This document shows positions 63,605 through 64,000 of a stretch of DNA of 64,000 nt, one piece after another (position 1 is the stretch's first letter; every line of letters starts with the position of its first letter). Position numbers and translations under genes: made by a program. The DNA lies in contig JAPOQU010000069.1 in NCBI GenBank assembly GCA_026710545.1, positions 3,791-67,790 of the forward strand, given 5' to 3'. A model generated the notes under the pieces. The model worked only from the letters and a program-made list of their open reading frames with translations, did no database searches and was not told the DNA's origin. Source of the DNA: Gammaproteobacteria bacterium (lineage in GTDB: Bacteria; Pseudomonadota; Gammaproteobacteria; Eutrophobiales; Eutrophobiaceae).

Positions 63605-64000
63605 TCAGCCAAGCAACGTATCGGTCAACCTGTCTTCAAACGCCTGGATGTCTCGCCACTTCGTGGCGCAGTGGACGTTGCGGCCGTTCCGGCTGTCCAC
63701 CACGGTGTAGCCGTCATCCGTGACGCGCAGGGGCAGGTCTTCCATCACCAGGAATTCCTGTGACCCGGCAGCATGAACGGCTACGGTATCGAACAGGGTC
63801 GTGCTGATCCGGCCCGGGTCCGTTCCCGGTTTGATGAAAGGCGCCAGGGGCAACCAGAGCCGGTAGTTCTCGACCAGGGCCTTGAGCCAGGGGTCTTCGC
63901 TGCGATAGATCCTCTGGTAATTGTCACCGGACACCGTAACGATGCCGCAGGTATCCAGCGGCGTGATGGTGCAATCCCAGGGGGCGGCAAATACCTGTTG
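63605..64000 (-). CDS. nucleoside hydrolase-like protein, C-terminal part (5' end beyond the window)
   Basis: The frame stays open to position 64000: ...WDCTITPLDTCGIVTVSGDNY...TLFDTVAVHAAG...LPLRVTDDGYTVVDSRNGRNVHCATKWRDIQAFEDRL. This follows the IUNH-family C-terminal pattern. Confidence 0.55.
   Translation of the reverse strand, partial: QQVFAAPWDCTITPLDTCGIVTVSGDNYQRIYRSEDPWLKALVENYRLWLPLAPFIKPGTDPGRISTTLFDTVAVHAAGSQEFLVMEDLPLRVTDDGYTVVDSRNGRNVHCATKWRDIQAFEDRLTDTLLG

Overview
Bacterial chromosomal window with a GC-rich core and one visibly AT-richer accessory block. The taxon cannot be determined from the sequence alone. All functional calls come from motif recognition by eye; no database search or computation was possible. 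(1) 1-12.97 kb is aromatic-compound catabolism. It holds a class-III aminotransferase, a group-II PLP decarboxylase, a tungsten-type aldehyde:ferredoxin oxidoreductase (AOR), a cytochrome P450 and a MarR regulator. These are followed by a complete homogentisate route (hmgA, FAH-family hydrolase, maiA, scoAB), with kynureninase and a Phd/ParE toxin-antitoxin pair embedded. (2) About 12.97-27.8 kb is an integrase-less defence island between scoB and mepA. It contains two tiny overlapping ORFs and an N-terminally truncated GmrSD-like gene that abuts a diverged duplicate of the scoB 3' end. It also contains a nuclease-less DUF262 protein and a PLD-family nuclease divergent from an RHH protein plus two DNA methyltransferases. 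The remaining genes are DUF2188, a DUF4143 AAA+ ATPase, antitoxin remnants and an AbiL-like AAA-ATPase/RloB pair. (3) 27.8-64 kb holds mepA, GFA, a TonB-receptor/hydrolase/TPP-decarboxylase operon with AraC, and hppD with a second MarR paralogue. It continues with two dehydrogenases, cysC, a thiolase-like/DUF35 pair, and two paralogous TonB-receptor modules (SnoaL-like; SnoaLx2-DUF3604) split by vapBC. It ends with a 7-gene peptidase/oxidoreductase/CoA-ligase operon with AraC and a Tat-signal FAD/BBE oxidase. Intergenic DNA carries three families of palindromic repeats and a 17-mer repeat array. A conserved TATAGTT-N4-ATG-N-AACTAAT site sits in front of kynU, the FAH gene and hppD. No rRNA, tRNA, CRISPR, transposase or integrase was recognised. 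The most interesting items are the PLD-nuclease/DUF262/two-methyltransferase module and the scoB-duplication scar.
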